From Prevotella sp. (GTDB lineage: Bacteria > Bacteroidota > Bacteroidia > Bacteroidales > Dysgonomonadaceae), in assembly GCA_031285625.1 (NCBI GenBank), contig JAITVV010000056.1:32001-96000 (forward strand): a stretch of 64,000 nt of DNA, given 5' to 3'. A program made the translations under genes and the position numbers. The notes beneath the pieces were generated by a model. That model had not been told where the DNA came from. It made no database searches and saw only the letters and a program-made list of their open reading frames with translations. Shown here piece by piece: positions 1 through 10,323 of the stretch (positions are counted from its first letter, which is position 1; every line of letters starts with the position of its first letter).

Positions 1-783
1 CAAATAGCATCCCGGAGCACACACAGCTCCATGGTCGAAACCCTGAAGTTCATTCAATTCTATATTTTTGTTTCCTAAGGATTTTAAGATAGACTCTAAA
101 TGTGCATTCTCTTCGTATCTTGCTGTCATTTCCAGTTTACGGTCACCTGTTATCAGTAAGGTAGGAGGCAGGTCAGCTCTGGCTTTATTTAAAGGTGAAT
201 ATTCGTCTACAATCGGAATATTGAGAGGCAGTCCTCTTTCTTTGCGAATTGTATAATGTGTGTTTGTTTGCCCGCTAATGGGTATCAATCCCTTAATATC
301 ATTTGCATCGACACCAAATTTGTTCAAATAACTTTTATCTAGACCCACCATCAAAGTAAGGTATCCGCCGGCAGAATGCCCTGATATATAAATATCCTTG
401 ATACTGCCACCATATTTAGCTATGTTATTAAAGGTCCAGGCTATCGACTCAGCCGCATCTTCTATATAAGCAGGGTTAGTAGCTTTAGGACTAAGACGAT
501 AGTTGACTGCCACAACGGCTACTCCCCTTTCTTTCAACTCATCAGGAATACCCTTTTCACCTCCTTCGAGCCCGCCTCCATGAAACCATACTATAACAGG
601 AAAATCCTTTTTATCAGTTGGATAATATAGATCCAGTTTACACCGGTCTATGCGATAGGCATCCTTCTCTTGCGAGCCAACATAGGATATATCCTTTTCC
701 AGTTTATATGTATCCTTTACAGGATTTTGAGCGCTTATAGCCAAAGCGCAGAACCATAAGAGGACAAAGAATGTTTTATTCAT
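1..783 (-). CDS. Secreted alpha/beta hydrolase (esterase/lipase), 3' end runs off window
   Basis: Read manually on - strand from ATG at 783: signal peptide MNKTFFVLLWFCALAISAQ, HGGG oxyanion motif (VWFHGGG), YRL, nucleophile GHSAG, C-terminal FDH; not in ORF track because truncated. Confidence 0.85.
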   Translation of the reverse strand, partial: MNKTFFVLLWFCALAISAQNPVKDTYKLEKDISYVGSQEKDAYRIDRCKLDLYYPTDKKDFPVIVWFHGGGLEGGEKGIPDELKERGVAVVAVNYRLSPKATNPAYIEDAAESIAWTFNNIAKYGGSIKDIYISGHSAGGYLTLMVGLDKSYLNKFGVDANDIKGLIPISGQTNTHYTIRKERGLPLNIPIVDEYSPLNKARADLPPTLLITGDRKLEMTARYEENAHLESILKSLGNKNIELNELQGFDHGAVCAPGCYL

Positions 784-1026
784 AATGTTATTTTAATTAT
801 AATTTGTTTTTATGATATATAATTCGAAAATACAGAATAAAAATGATATCATCCTTCAAGCATCAAATATTATTCACAACCAGGAATTAAATTCCTTTTC
901 TGAATAATCAACAAATCTGTTTTGTATCTTTGTGAGATATGGAATATATATTTGTCTATGTATACTGAGTCAAGTAGATATACGACAAAAAAATGAAAGA
1001 GGAATAGATCGTAAAAGAATTAAATA

Positions 1027-1077
1027 AAAAAGTGACAAATAAAAACAGTAATAAAAGTGTCACCTTTGTCACTTTTT
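1027..1077. repeat. ~50-bp intergenic element copy 1 with 13-bp perfect inverted repeat
   Basis: AAAAAGTGACAAA (1027-1039) / TTTGTCACTTTTT (1065-1077); core GTGTCACCTTTGTCACTTTT recurs with small changes at ~20234 and ~33465. Confidence 0.65.
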
Positions 1078-1161
1078 ATACATAAATATAACAACATCAA
1101 TAATTTACAATTTTACTAGATTGTTACCTTTTGATAAGATGTAAACACAAAATAGACTCAA

Positions 1162-3261
1162 ATGAAAAAAACAGTATTAATTGCTATGACAGGATTTTCT
1201 ATGCTATTTGCAGGTTGTGGAGGAGCTCAGAAACCTTCCGGCGGACAAACAGAAGCTAACATTGTTAGCGACACTGTACCTGCTGATTTTAAATATGAAG
1301 TAGATGCTTTTGCAGACCTTCAGATCTTACGTTACTATGTTCCCGGATTTAACAATCTCACTCTGGAACAAAAGGAACTGGTTTATTACCTCTCTATGGC
1401 TGCACTGGAAGGCCGCGATATTCTCTATGACCAAAACAATAAATACAATCTGGCTATCCGACGGATACTCGAAGCGATCTATACTAATTATAAAGGCGAT
1501 AAAAATACCAATGACTACAAAGAACTTGAGGTCTATCTTAAACGTGTATGGTTCTCTAATGGCATCCACCATCATTATGGAGAAGAAAAATTCCTACCCG
1601 GATTTTCCAAACAATTTTTTGCAGAGCAAGTGAAGTCACTTCCTGACAATTTGATTCCCAGAGACTGTCGTGCTCAATGTGAATATATATCAGCAGATAA
1701 TTTTATAAAAGTAATTACTCCCGTAATGTTTGATCCGAGAGTAATGGCTAAGAAAGTAAACCAATCCGGTAGTGACCTGATTGCTACATCTGCCAATAAC
1801 TATTATGGTGACGGAGTTACACAAAAAGAGGTGCAGGCTTTTTATGCCGCCATGAAAGATACAACTAACCAGACTCCTGTTTCGTACGGTCTGAATAGCC
1901 GTTTAGTAAAAACCGGAAGCGGCCTGGTTGAAGACGTCTGGAAAGTGGGTGGACTATACTCTCCTGCTATCGAAAAAATTGTTGGCTGGCTGGAGAAAGC
2001 CCAAGGTGTAGCCGAAAATGAAAAGCAAAAAGAGGTTATAACAAAACTTATCTCTTATTATAAAACAGGAGACTTAAAAACCTTTGACCAATATGCTATT
2101 GCATGGGTGGAAGATCTTAACTCTCAGGTGGACTTTGTAAATGGTTTCACCGAAGTATACGGCGATCCGCTGGGAATCAAAGCCAGTTGGGAATCTATCG
2201 TTAATTTTAAAAATGTGGAGGCTACAAAACGTACTGAGATCATAAGTACAAACGCTCAGTGGTTTGAAGACCACTCTCCTGTAGACAAACGTTTCAAGAA
2301 AGAGAGTGTAAAAGGAGTTTCGGCAAAAGTGATCACGGTTGCTCAACTTGGGGGAGACTGCTATCCTGCAACGCCTATAGGCATTAATCTCCCGAATGCA
2401 GACTGGATACGTAAAGAACATGGTTCTAAATCGGTTACGATAGAGAACATAATGGAAGCTTATGATGCTGCCGGAGCACATACCGGATTCAACGAAGAAT
2501 TTATGTGGTCTGATGCAGAAGTAAGCCTGATAAAGAAATATGGTTTTATTACAGATGTATTGCATACAGATTTGCATGAGTGCCTGGGACATGGTTCGGG
2601 TAAATTATTGCCTGAAGTTGATCCGAATGCACTGGGCGAATTTAGTTCTACAATAGAGGAAACCCGTGCAGATTTATTCGGATTGTATTTTCTCGCCGAT
2701 ACTAAACTATTGGATTTAGGCATCATTCCTAATGCAGAAGCGTATAAAGCTGAATATTATAAATTTATGATGAATGGCCTTATGACCCAATTAGTACGTA
2801 TCGAACCGGGAAAGAACATTGAGGAGTCACATATGCGCAATCGTCAGCTAATTGCTAAGTGGGTTTTTGAGAAAGGAAAAGTAGATAATGTTATTGAGTT
2901 TAAAGTAAAAGACAACAAAACATATGTGGTAATCAATGATTACAATAAATTACGCACATTATTTGGAGACTTATTAGCTGAAATCCAACGGATAAAATCG
3001 GAAGGAGACTTTAAGGGAGCAAAAGCAATTGTTGAAAACTATGCTGTAAAAGTAGATCAGAAATTACATAAAGAAATTCTGAACCGTTATAAAACGTTAA
3101 ACATGAAACCATACAAGGGTTTTGTGAATCCTGTTTTTGAACTGGCAAAAGACAACGATGGCAAAATTACAGATATAAAGATATCATATAGTGAAGGTTA
3201 TGCAGAGCAGATGTTACGCTACTCTAAAGAATTTTCTACTTTACCAACCAATAACGATTAA
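1162..3261 (+). CDS. Dipeptidyl-peptidase III (peptidase M49), lipoprotein
   Basis: HECLGH hexapeptide zinc motif and EETRAD; lipobox FAGC. Confidence 0.93.
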   Translation: MKKTVLIAMTGFSMLFAGCGGAQKPSGGQTEANIVSDTVPADFKYEVDAFADLQILRYYVPGFNNLTLEQKELVYYLSMAALEGRDILYDQNNKYNLAIRRILEAIYTNYKGDKNTNDYKELEVYLKRVWFSNGIHHHYGEEKFLPGFSKQFFAEQVKSLPDNLIPRDCRAQCEYISADNFIKVITPVMFDPRVMAKKVNQSGSDLIATSANNYYGDGVTQKEVQAFYAAMKDTTNQTPVSYGLNSRLVKTGSGLVEDVWKVGGLYSPAIEKIVGWLEKAQGVAENEKQKEVITKLISYYKTGDLKTFDQYAIAWVEDLNSQVDFVNGFTEVYGDPLGIKASWESIVNFKNVEATKRTEIISTNAQWFEDHSPVDKRFKKESVKGVSAKVITVAQLGGDCYPATPIGINLPNADWIRKEHGSKSVTIENIMEAYDAAGAHTGFNEEFMWSDAEVSLIKKYGFITDVLHTDLHECLGHGSGKLLPEVDPNALGEFSSTIEETRADLFGLYFLADTKLLDLGIIPNAEAYKAEYYKFMMNGLMTQLVRIEPGKNIEESHMRNRQLIAKWVFEKGKVDNVIEFKVKDNKTYVVINDYNKLRTLFGDLLAEIQRIKSEGDFKGAKAIVENYAVKVDQKLHKEILNRYKTLNMKPYKGFVNPVFELAKDNDGKITDIKISYSEGYAEQMLRYSKEFSTLPTNND

Positions 3262-3275
3262 ATTCTTAATAGTTT

Positions 3276-3309
3276 AAAAAACCGGATAATCTATTTATCC
3301 GGTTTTTTT
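3276..3309 (+). terminator. Intrinsic terminator
   Basis: AAAAAACCGGATAA-tctat-TTATCCGGTTTTTT hairpin with T-tail after DPP-III stop. Confidence 0.85.
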
Positions 3310-3348
3310 ATTTCTATATTTGTCTCATAGAATTCTATTAGCATAAAT

Positions 3349-4404
3349 ATGAAAAACATTCTAACACTCCTCCTCTTTTGTGTATACTTCTCATCAATCT
3401 ACAGTCAGACAAAAGAAGAAAAAGCTTATGAAAAAGGCAAAGAAGCCGTTCAACTCATGGATAAAGGCAAGATAGACGAAAGTCTTATATTATTACAAGA
3501 GGCCCGGAAACTGGACTCCAGAAGTTTTGACTATCCTTATGAAATGGCATATGCTTATTGCCTGAAAGAAGACTATAATGAAGCTATAAAAATACTGAAG
3601 AAAATAGAGAAACATAAAGACGTATCTGACATGTTATATCAGATGCTTGGAAATTGCTATGACTATTTGGGCGATAGCAATGAAGCAGTAAAAACATATG
3701 AAAAAGGCCTGAAAAAATTTCCCGATTCAGGATGCTTGAATCTCGAAATGGGAAATATGCAAATGGCACAAAACAATTATGAGAAAGCTCTTTATTACTT
3801 CGAAAACGGGATAGATGCTGACCCTTCATTTCCTTCAAACTATTACTGGGCAACTAAACTATTCTGCGATTCGGAAGACGAGGTATGGGGCATGATATAT
3901 GGAGAAATATTCATGAACCTTGAACGCAATAGCCCCCGCACAGTAGAGATTAGTAAATTACTACACGACACCTATATCAATGAGATTAAGGTATTAAGTG
4001 ATTCGTCCATATCTGTCAGCTTCAGTAAAAACAATACAATAAATCCATACAATGTAAAACTTCCTTTTGGAGTTGGAATCTATGAACCCGTATTAATGTT
4101 ATCCATCGCTTCTATCAAAGATATAAATATGAATACCTTAAATAAGGTCCGCTCAAATTTTATAGATATATACTACAGTAAGAATTTAGATGAAACTCAT
4201 CCCAATGTTTTGTTTGCATACCAGAAAAAAGTAAAACAGGCAGGACATATGGATGCCTACAACCATTGGATATTAATGCAAGGAGACACTCACGGTTTTC
4301 TGGAATGGAAACTTGCTAATGAAGACAAATGGAATAAATTTCTGGACTGGTTTCTATTAAACCCCATAAAGCTGGATCAAAAGAACAAATTCCTTAGAGA
4401 CTAA
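3349..4404 (+). CDS. Secreted tetratricopeptide-repeat protein
   Basis: Signal peptide; repeated TPR patterns (YEMAYAY, YQMLGNCY, LEMGNMQ). Confidence 0.8.
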   Translation: MKNILTLLLFCVYFSSIYSQTKEEKAYEKGKEAVQLMDKGKIDESLILLQEARKLDSRSFDYPYEMAYAYCLKEDYNEAIKILKKIEKHKDVSDMLYQMLGNCYDYLGDSNEAVKTYEKGLKKFPDSGCLNLEMGNMQMAQNNYEKALYYFENGIDADPSFPSNYYWATKLFCDSEDEVWGMIYGEIFMNLERNSPRTVEISKLLHDTYINEIKVLSDSSISVSFSKNNTINPYNVKLPFGVGIYEPVLMLSIASIKDINMNTLNKVRSNFIDIYYSKNLDETHPNVLFAYQKKVKQAGHMDAYNHWILMQGDTHGFLEWKLANEDKWNKFLDWFLLNPIKLDQKNKFLRD

Positions 4405-4407
4405 TAC

Positions 4408-5061
4408 CTAGAATAACTGGAACTTAAGTCCAAAAGACAATCTCAGATAATCGGTTGGTTTCAGATATGAATTTGAGAAAGCACTCACCATATATAAGTC
4501 ATTTGTGCTCAATTCATAAAACAGGGAAACGGATTTAGCAAAGAAACGTCTGTTCTCTGGTATTTTATACCCAATACGTTGTCCGATATAAATATTAAAT
4601 CTCATCCTCGTTGAAAACGAATAATACCCATTAGGATACTTATCAGGTTCGCTCACCCAAAAATCGCCATTAAATATTGTATTTACGTATAGGCCGCAAG
4701 CCAGAGGCTCCAGAAAAAAATCATTATCCTTACCCAAATCTACTTTCCAGGGTATGAAGTTTTGCTTTAGGGTGAATGTTACCTTATTCTCTTTGGTAGA
4801 GTAACGAGGCAGAAATCCAAGAAAAACATCAGTTTCCCATTGATTATTTTTTCCATAATCCCATCCTGCACCAAGGGAAATAAGTCCCATTCCCCCTGCA
4901 TATTGTATTTTTGTATGGGTCGGAATCAACCGAATCCATTGATTCTGATATTTTTCTATGCGCCTGTCATAGCCATTTTGAGCATATGTAAAAAAAGGAA
5001 GAAATAACAAGAAAAGGATGAGAACTATCTTATGCTTAAAAGCCAACCACTTCATATTCAT
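4408..5061 (-). CDS. Hypothetical outer-membrane beta-barrel-like protein
   Basis: Signal peptide, alternating beta-strand pattern, C-terminal Phe (GLKFQLF); overlaps upstream phosphoesterase gene. Confidence 0.65.
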   Translation of the reverse strand: MNMKWLAFKHKIVLILFLLFLPFFTYAQNGYDRRIEKYQNQWIRLIPTHTKIQYAGGMGLISLGAGWDYGKNNQWETDVFLGFLPRYSTKENKVTFTLKQNFIPWKVDLGKDNDFFLEPLACGLYVNTIFNGDFWVSEPDKYPNGYYSFSTRMRFNIYIGQRIGYKIPENRRFFAKSVSLFYELSTNDLYMVSAFSNSYLKPTDYLRLSFGLKFQLF

Positions 5062-5842
5062 ATGTATTATCCGAATTTAATGTAAAAAGAAGATATTGGC
5101 GTTTTGCAACATTTGGTGTACCATAATAAATAACTCCATCATCAAAGAGATCATCCACTGCAAGATTATGATCATGCGCATTCAGACAAAACTGGAGATT
5201 AGGGTATTCTTTTATATAACGTTGAAATACATTTGCCACATTATTATTGAACTGTTCCGAAAAAGGGCGTACATGCATTGCCAGTACTGTTTTTTCATAT
5301 TCATCACGTCGTGATTCATATTCTTGTTCGATAAACTGAAAGTCCGGAACGGGGAGGGAGTAATCGAATTCCAGAGCATTTGTATTCAAGCAGATAAATT
5401 TTGTTTTACCAGCAACAAAAGAAAAATTTTCTCTACCAAATACTCTACGGAATACTTCCAGACCATTAGCTAAACAGTCGTGATTACCTAACAATACCAC
5501 ATAGGGAACAGATAGTTTATTCAATATATCCCGTTGCCATAAGAATTCTTTCGTAAGTCCAAAATCTGCGACATCTCCTCCATGTATCAGAAAGTCAATA
5601 TCATTTCTTCCGTTCAGACTTTTTACAAAGTCTTCTGTTTCATTATACCAACGTTGTGTATCGCCTGTCAATGCGAAGCGGATAGATGTTTTGTCTTTAC
5701 ATGCCTTTTCGATCCGTGCTATATTCTTATTATTTATATCTGTTTCGCCTGTAACCCTGCCATCATAAGGGTGGTATTCTATCATTTCACATGATTGGAA
5801 GATTGTTGCGAAGACGAATAGCGAAAAAATAACCTTATTCAT
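5036..5842 (-). CDS. Calcineurin-like metallophosphoesterase lipoprotein
   Basis: GDTQ, GGD, GNHD, H..AHDH motifs; lipobox FQSC. Confidence 0.9.
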   Translation of the reverse strand: MNKVIFSLFVFATIFQSCEMIEYHPYDGRVTGETDINNKNIARIEKACKDKTSIRFALTGDTQRWYNETEDFVKSLNGRNDIDFLIHGGDVADFGLTKEFLWQRDILNKLSVPYVVLLGNHDCLANGLEVFRRVFGRENFSFVAGKTKFICLNTNALEFDYSLPVPDFQFIEQEYESRRDEYEKTVLAMHVRPFSEQFNNNVANVFQRYIKEYPNLQFCLNAHDHNLAVDDLFDDGVIYYGTPNVAKRQYLLFTLNSDNTYEYEVVGF

Positions 5843-6045
5843 AGTTCTATTTTATCATGCAATGATATCCATAATAAAGTGCAGTTTATTATTTTATATA
5901 CATTGAAATCTTTATCCTGCTTTCTTTTTAATAATTTTTTCACAAAAATATACATAAATTACGAATTAACGCTATTGTTTTATTTTTATCAATATTGCAT
6001 TGCAACTAAATAAATCGCCTATCTTTATTCTCAAAAGGAAAAAAT

Positions 6046-6324
6046 ATGAAACTGAAAGAAGAACAAAAAAATAAGTCAGTACTCACCACTAGTTATGTTT
6101 TAACTAATGGCTCTCCCGTGACGTTTGTCCTATATGACGAAGATGGCGATTGGCAACTGTTTGGAGAGGATGAGGTGAATGAAGATGAAGATGCATATCT
6201 TGTTTCTGTAGATGAAATATTAGAAATGGAGCCCATTCTCCGAAAACTACCTGATCTACAACCCGGGCAAGCAGCTTCACGTGAAAAAGACAGCACGCGA
6301 TGGTTTATTGTCGAGGATGAATAG
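6046..6324 (+). CDS. Small acidic hypothetical protein (DUF2185-like)
   Basis: DEDGDWQLF...DE motif and LPDLQPGQAASR pattern. Confidence 0.6.
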   Translation: MKLKEEQKNKSVLTTSYVLTNGSPVTFVLYDEDGDWQLFGEDEVNEDEDAYLVSVDEILEMEPILRKLPDLQPGQAASREKDSTRWFIVEDE

Positions 6325-6516
6325 ATTATTTTTTGCGATTTATCATGCCTTATATTATTTCTTAAAGGAATTATATAGCCTTGTTCCTTAAAATTGATTA
6401 TTTTTGCGTCGCTGAACTAAATAATGTGACTTCTCTTGCAGGTAGAGATGTTTGGCTTATGCCCAAATCCTATATATAAGCTTGTAGAGCTCAATCTTAC
6501 AAAATAACGCGCTGAT

Positions 6517-7701
6517 ATGATCTTACACTTGGTACATGATGAAAAAATTATCAATAGAACCATTGATGTATTCGAAACTGTATTTCCTAAAGAAAATTTA
6601 TTTGTAGTATTCACCCGTAAAAAGTTCAAATTTGTACGGGAAGGCAAAAATATATTTGCTTATCAGGATTTTGAGAAAAATAAAGAAGACTTTAAAGTCA
6701 CAGCCATCATTATCCACTATATGAATAGCCGGAAGATGGACTTTGTTAATAAGCTATATCCACCCAGAATACCCGTATACTGGATCATTTGGGGAGCAGA
6801 TTTATACAATAAGCTTTTAGAGCCTAAAGGCTTCGAAATGATCGATAAAAAAAGCGCTTATCAATCTCGTAATCTTACAAAGATTTTATCATTACCTTAT
6901 AATAAGATAAGAGAGAAAGTAAGAACAAAAAAGAACATTAAATTCATAAATGAAAGGGTCAACTATATTGTAACAGACACTACAGAGAATGATTATGATA
7001 TGTTGATTCAATATTATCCTCAGTTAAGACATATACCCTGGAAAGATTTCTTTTACTATCCAATCGATGTCGTATTAGGAGAAGAGCTAATCGAAAAATA
7101 TATTGACGGTGACAATATACAGATAGGAAACTCAGCTTCCCTAACCAATAATCACGAATATGCTATAAACATTTTATCGAAACTCAATATAAAGAATCGA
7201 AAAGTGATAATCCCACTCAGTTACTCTGGAAGTGAAAGTTATAAGAAATATGTTATAAATTGTGGCAACAAGTTAATAGGAAATAATTTCACCCCTCTCA
7301 CAGATTTTATACCTTTACAAGAGTATAATAAACTCTTAACAAGCATCAATGTTGCAATTTATGGGAACTGGAGACAAGAGGCTATCGGTAATATAATCAT
7401 ATCATTGTATTTGGGAGCAAAGGTATTCTTATCATATCGTACTCCGGTACTACAATGGGCACAAAACCATAATCTAATTGTTTTCGAACTGGAAAAAATA
7501 ACCCAAAATGATATTGATACACCGCTGAGCAGAGAGGACAAGGAACATAACAGACAGATACTTCTGAAATTATACAATAAAGAAAGACTATATAAATTGA
7601 TAAAAGACGGTTTTAAGGAGAAAAAACATGAGAAAATTAATAATCTGGCTATTCCTATTAGGAATGCTAAATATGCACGCTCAAACTACAGAAAAAAATA
7701 A
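6517..7701 (+). CDS. WecF-like TDP-N-acetylfucosamine:lipid II N-acetylfucosaminyltransferase (GT56) family protein
   Basis: WIIWGADLY, IQIGNSAS..NNH, IPLSYSG, RQEAIGNI motifs typical of WecF; C-terminal ~28 aa may be read-through. Confidence 0.8.
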   Translation: MILHLVHDEKIINRTIDVFETVFPKENLFVVFTRKKFKFVREGKNIFAYQDFEKNKEDFKVTAIIIHYMNSRKMDFVNKLYPPRIPVYWIIWGADLYNKLLEPKGFEMIDKKSAYQSRNLTKILSLPYNKIREKVRTKKNIKFINERVNYIVTDTTENDYDMLIQYYPQLRHIPWKDFFYYPIDVVLGEELIEKYIDGDNIQIGNSASLTNNHEYAINILSKLNIKNRKVIIPLSYSGSESYKKYVINCGNKLIGNNFTPLTDFIPLQEYNKLLTSINVAIYGNWRQEAIGNIIISLYLGAKVFLSYRTPVLQWAQNHNLIVFELEKITQNDIDTPLSREDKEHNRQILLKLYNKERLYKLIKDGFKEKKHEKINNLAIPIRNAKYARSNYRKK

Positions 7702-8392
7702 ATATACCATCTTGTTAACAGGAGCATCATTTGCCTCATCAAATAACGGATGGTTTGAATTAGGATGTAAAGAATTAGATGCAACGCCAATTAATAGAGC
7801 TGTAGGTGCCGAAGCTATTGCAGATGCTGCAAATAAGATCGCAACAGATAGCCTGTACAGCAAGGAAGAGCTTGAAGAAATAGATGCACTAGTTATTATG
7901 CATGTACACGACAAGGATGTTGCAAGTGAAGTCGGATTAAAGAAGAGTTTTAAAGATTATCCGATACCATTCGACAGATCCAATTATGCTGCCGCCTATG
8001 ACTATCTGATAAAAAAATACATTTCGGAGTGCTACAATCTAAAATTTACTAAAAACTCAAAATATTATGGTACTCCCAGTGGAAAACCGGCAATCATTAT
8101 TTTATGTACACACTGGCACGATGCACGTACAATTTTTAATCCTGCAATTCGCAAATTAGGAGCAAGATGGGGATTCCCTGTAGTAGAGTTTGATAAATAT
8201 GTTGGTTTCTCTAAAAACGTATTGCATCCTGTAACAGGTAAACAATATAGTATCCTTTATGCCCATAATAATGAAACCATGAATGGAGTAGAATATGGAT
8301 GGCATCCTTATGAAGGTCAAAATCAATATATACAGCAACGTATGGCTGCCATATTTGCCGACTTAATGAAAAAAGTTCTACCTTTGAAGTAG
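7628..8392 (+). CDS. Secreted SGNH/GDSL-like hydrolase (DUF5040-like)
   Basis: Signal peptide, LTGASFAS block I-like motif, C-terminal GWHP. Confidence 0.65.
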   Translation: MRKLIIWLFLLGMLNMHAQTTEKNKYTILLTGASFASSNNGWFELGCKELDATPINRAVGAEAIADAANKIATDSLYSKEELEEIDALVIMHVHDKDVASEVGLKKSFKDYPIPFDRSNYAAAYDYLIKKYISECYNLKFTKNSKYYGTPSGKPAIIILCTHWHDARTIFNPAIRKLGARWGFPVVEFDKYVGFSKNVLHPVTGKQYSILYAHNNETMNGVEYGWHPYEGQNQYIQQRMAAIFADLMKKVLPLK

Positions 8393-8393
8393 T

Positions 8394-9023
8394 ATGTTAT
8401 ACTTTAAGAATTATATAACTGATTCAACATTATTAGGAATATGGAAAGTAGATGAAGACCGCACAGAGCTACTTTCTCAACTATCTCATCATGAGTGGAT
8501 TCAAAGCATATACTCTATTCGTTCCGAATCGCGTGTACTTGAAATATTATCTGCCCGTATATTGATAAAGGAACTTGTAGGAGAAGAAAAGCAGGTACAA
8601 TATAATGTTACTGGCAAACCTTTTTTAACTGATAAGTCATATCATATCAGTGTATCACATACAAAAAAATATGTAGCAGTTGTCATTAACAAAGAGAAGC
8701 CTATAGGACTCGATATAGAATATATTTCCGAAAAAATAAGGCGGGTTCAAAGCCGCGTCATATCAGCTGATGAATATATTGATCCCTGCAACGAATTAAT
8801 ACATCTCTTACTTCATTGGTCTGCCAAAGAAGCTATGTTTAAATTTCTCGATGAAGAAGGGGTTGATTTTCGCAAAAATTTATTTATTAGCAGATTTACA
8901 CCCGAAGAGGAAGGTGCATTCTCTGCATTTGAGACCAAAACAAAGCAAAATATCCACTTTAATGCCTATTATAAGGTTGGAAACGAGTTTGTGATGGTTT
9001 GTATAGAGAATGCCGATAAATAA
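8394..9023 (+). CDS. 4'-phosphopantetheinyl transferase family protein
   Basis: GKP, ISVSHT, IGLDIE, WSAKEAMFK motifs. Confidence 0.9.
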   Translation: MLYFKNYITDSTLLGIWKVDEDRTELLSQLSHHEWIQSIYSIRSESRVLEILSARILIKELVGEEKQVQYNVTGKPFLTDKSYHISVSHTKKYVAVVINKEKPIGLDIEYISEKIRRVQSRVISADEYIDPCNELIHLLLHWSAKEAMFKFLDEEGVDFRKNLFISRFTPEEEGAFSAFETKTKQNIHFNAYYKVGNEFVMVCIENADK

Positions 9024-9125
9024 ATTGAATTATATAGATTTAAAACATTTATAAGTGAGTATGCGTTTAATCCTCCGGAATTAACGCTTACATTTTTTTA
9101 CACTTTATATAACAAAATAGACAAA

Positions 9126-10316
9126 ATGAATAACTATTATAAGAAGTTAATTTCTCTATTGATAATCATATTAGCAACCCAAAACACATTGGTTGGGCAA
9201 GTTACTATAGGATCAGACAATTCTCCTGCAGCCGGAGCTTTACTCCATCTTAAGGAGGATGAAGGGATCGGTATTAATTCAAAAAAGGGCTTAAACATGC
9301 CTCGGGTAACAATGACCACCACAACCCCTCTTGTAGGACAACTCGCTCAATCTATCGGATCATCGGGCACATGGGACGAAGCTGATCACATCGGGCTGGT
9401 AGTTTATAATACGAATAAATGTGTAAACAGCACAGGGATGGATGATGGTCTGTATGTTTGGAATGGCACACAATGGAAAATCATGCCACACCCAACCACC
9501 TCAAGTGAGGTACAAAGTTATACAGACACCCGGGATAACGAAGTCTACCTTTATCGCTCTTTTGGTAATGAGGCAGGTATTTGGATGCTCGAGAATATGC
9601 GCTATATTGATAATAGTTTCACGGCTAGCGCCGGTAGTTCGAGCCCTACAGACAGGCTATATACCTATCCCAATGCAAACCCAGCAACTTCAGATACAAA
9701 ACCTTCTACTTGGGAAAGAAGGCAAGGATTAATCTATTCATATGCTGCTGCTACCCTTGGTGTACAAGACGGATTAAATGTAAATCAAGCTGAAGGGCAA
9801 GGCACTCAGGGACCTGCAACTCCTATCCAGGGTATATGCCCCGCTGGCTGGCATATTCCCAGTGACAGTGAATGGAATCAACTGGAAAAGGAAATCTACA
9901 ATAACCCTCAAAAATATAGTAGTTATACGAGTCCGGGACAATTTAATCCCACGTCATGGAACGACGCATGGAATACCACATATTCTTCGCGCGGTTCAGA
10001 CAACGAGAATGGTCATGGCCTTGCCATGCAATCCCCGTGCCAATTACCCGGAGCCTCAGGCATCACCAGTGGAACCAGTCTTCCGGCCTCACAAGGAGGG
10101 TTTAATGTTTTACTTGTAGGACGCGCAAATGGAGGATCAGTAACATCCTATGGTAACTATGCCAATTTTTGGTGCAGCAGTGTCAGTGGTAGCGACAACG
10201 CATGGTTCCGCTTTCTGAACAGACTACCACTGGGAGCGAATTATCCTCCTCAGCAAATAGAAAGAGCTAGCACTAGCCGTCAGTACCTATTCTCAGTGCG
10301 CTGTAAAAAGGATTAG
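9126..10316 (+). CDS. FISUMP / Fib_succ_major domain surface protein
   Basis: DTRDNEVY, WMLENMRY, GICPAGWHIPSDSEW, C-terminal FSVRCKKD; signal peptide followed by QVTIGS. Confidence 0.88.
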   Translation: MNNYYKKLISLLIIILATQNTLVGQVTIGSDNSPAAGALLHLKEDEGIGINSKKGLNMPRVTMTTTTPLVGQLAQSIGSSGTWDEADHIGLVVYNTNKCVNSTGMDDGLYVWNGTQWKIMPHPTTSSEVQSYTDTRDNEVYLYRSFGNEAGIWMLENMRYIDNSFTASAGSSSPTDRLYTYPNANPATSDTKPSTWERRQGLIYSYAAATLGVQDGLNVNQAEGQGTQGPATPIQGICPAGWHIPSDSEWNQLEKEIYNNPQKYSSYTSPGQFNPTSWNDAWNTTYSSRGSDNENGHGLAMQSPCQLPGASGITSGTSLPASQGGFNVLLVGRANGGSVTSYGNYANFWCSSVSGSDNAWFRFLNRLPLGANYPPQQIERASTSRQYLFSVRCKKD

Positions 10317-10323
10317 TATAGTA

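Noticed and set aside
68-256. 62-aa + strand ORF
   Set aside because: Antisense to the alpha/beta hydrolase gene
9900-10316. Diversity-generating retroelement targeting the FISUMP C-terminus
   Set aside because: No reverse transcriptase or template repeat seen in this window
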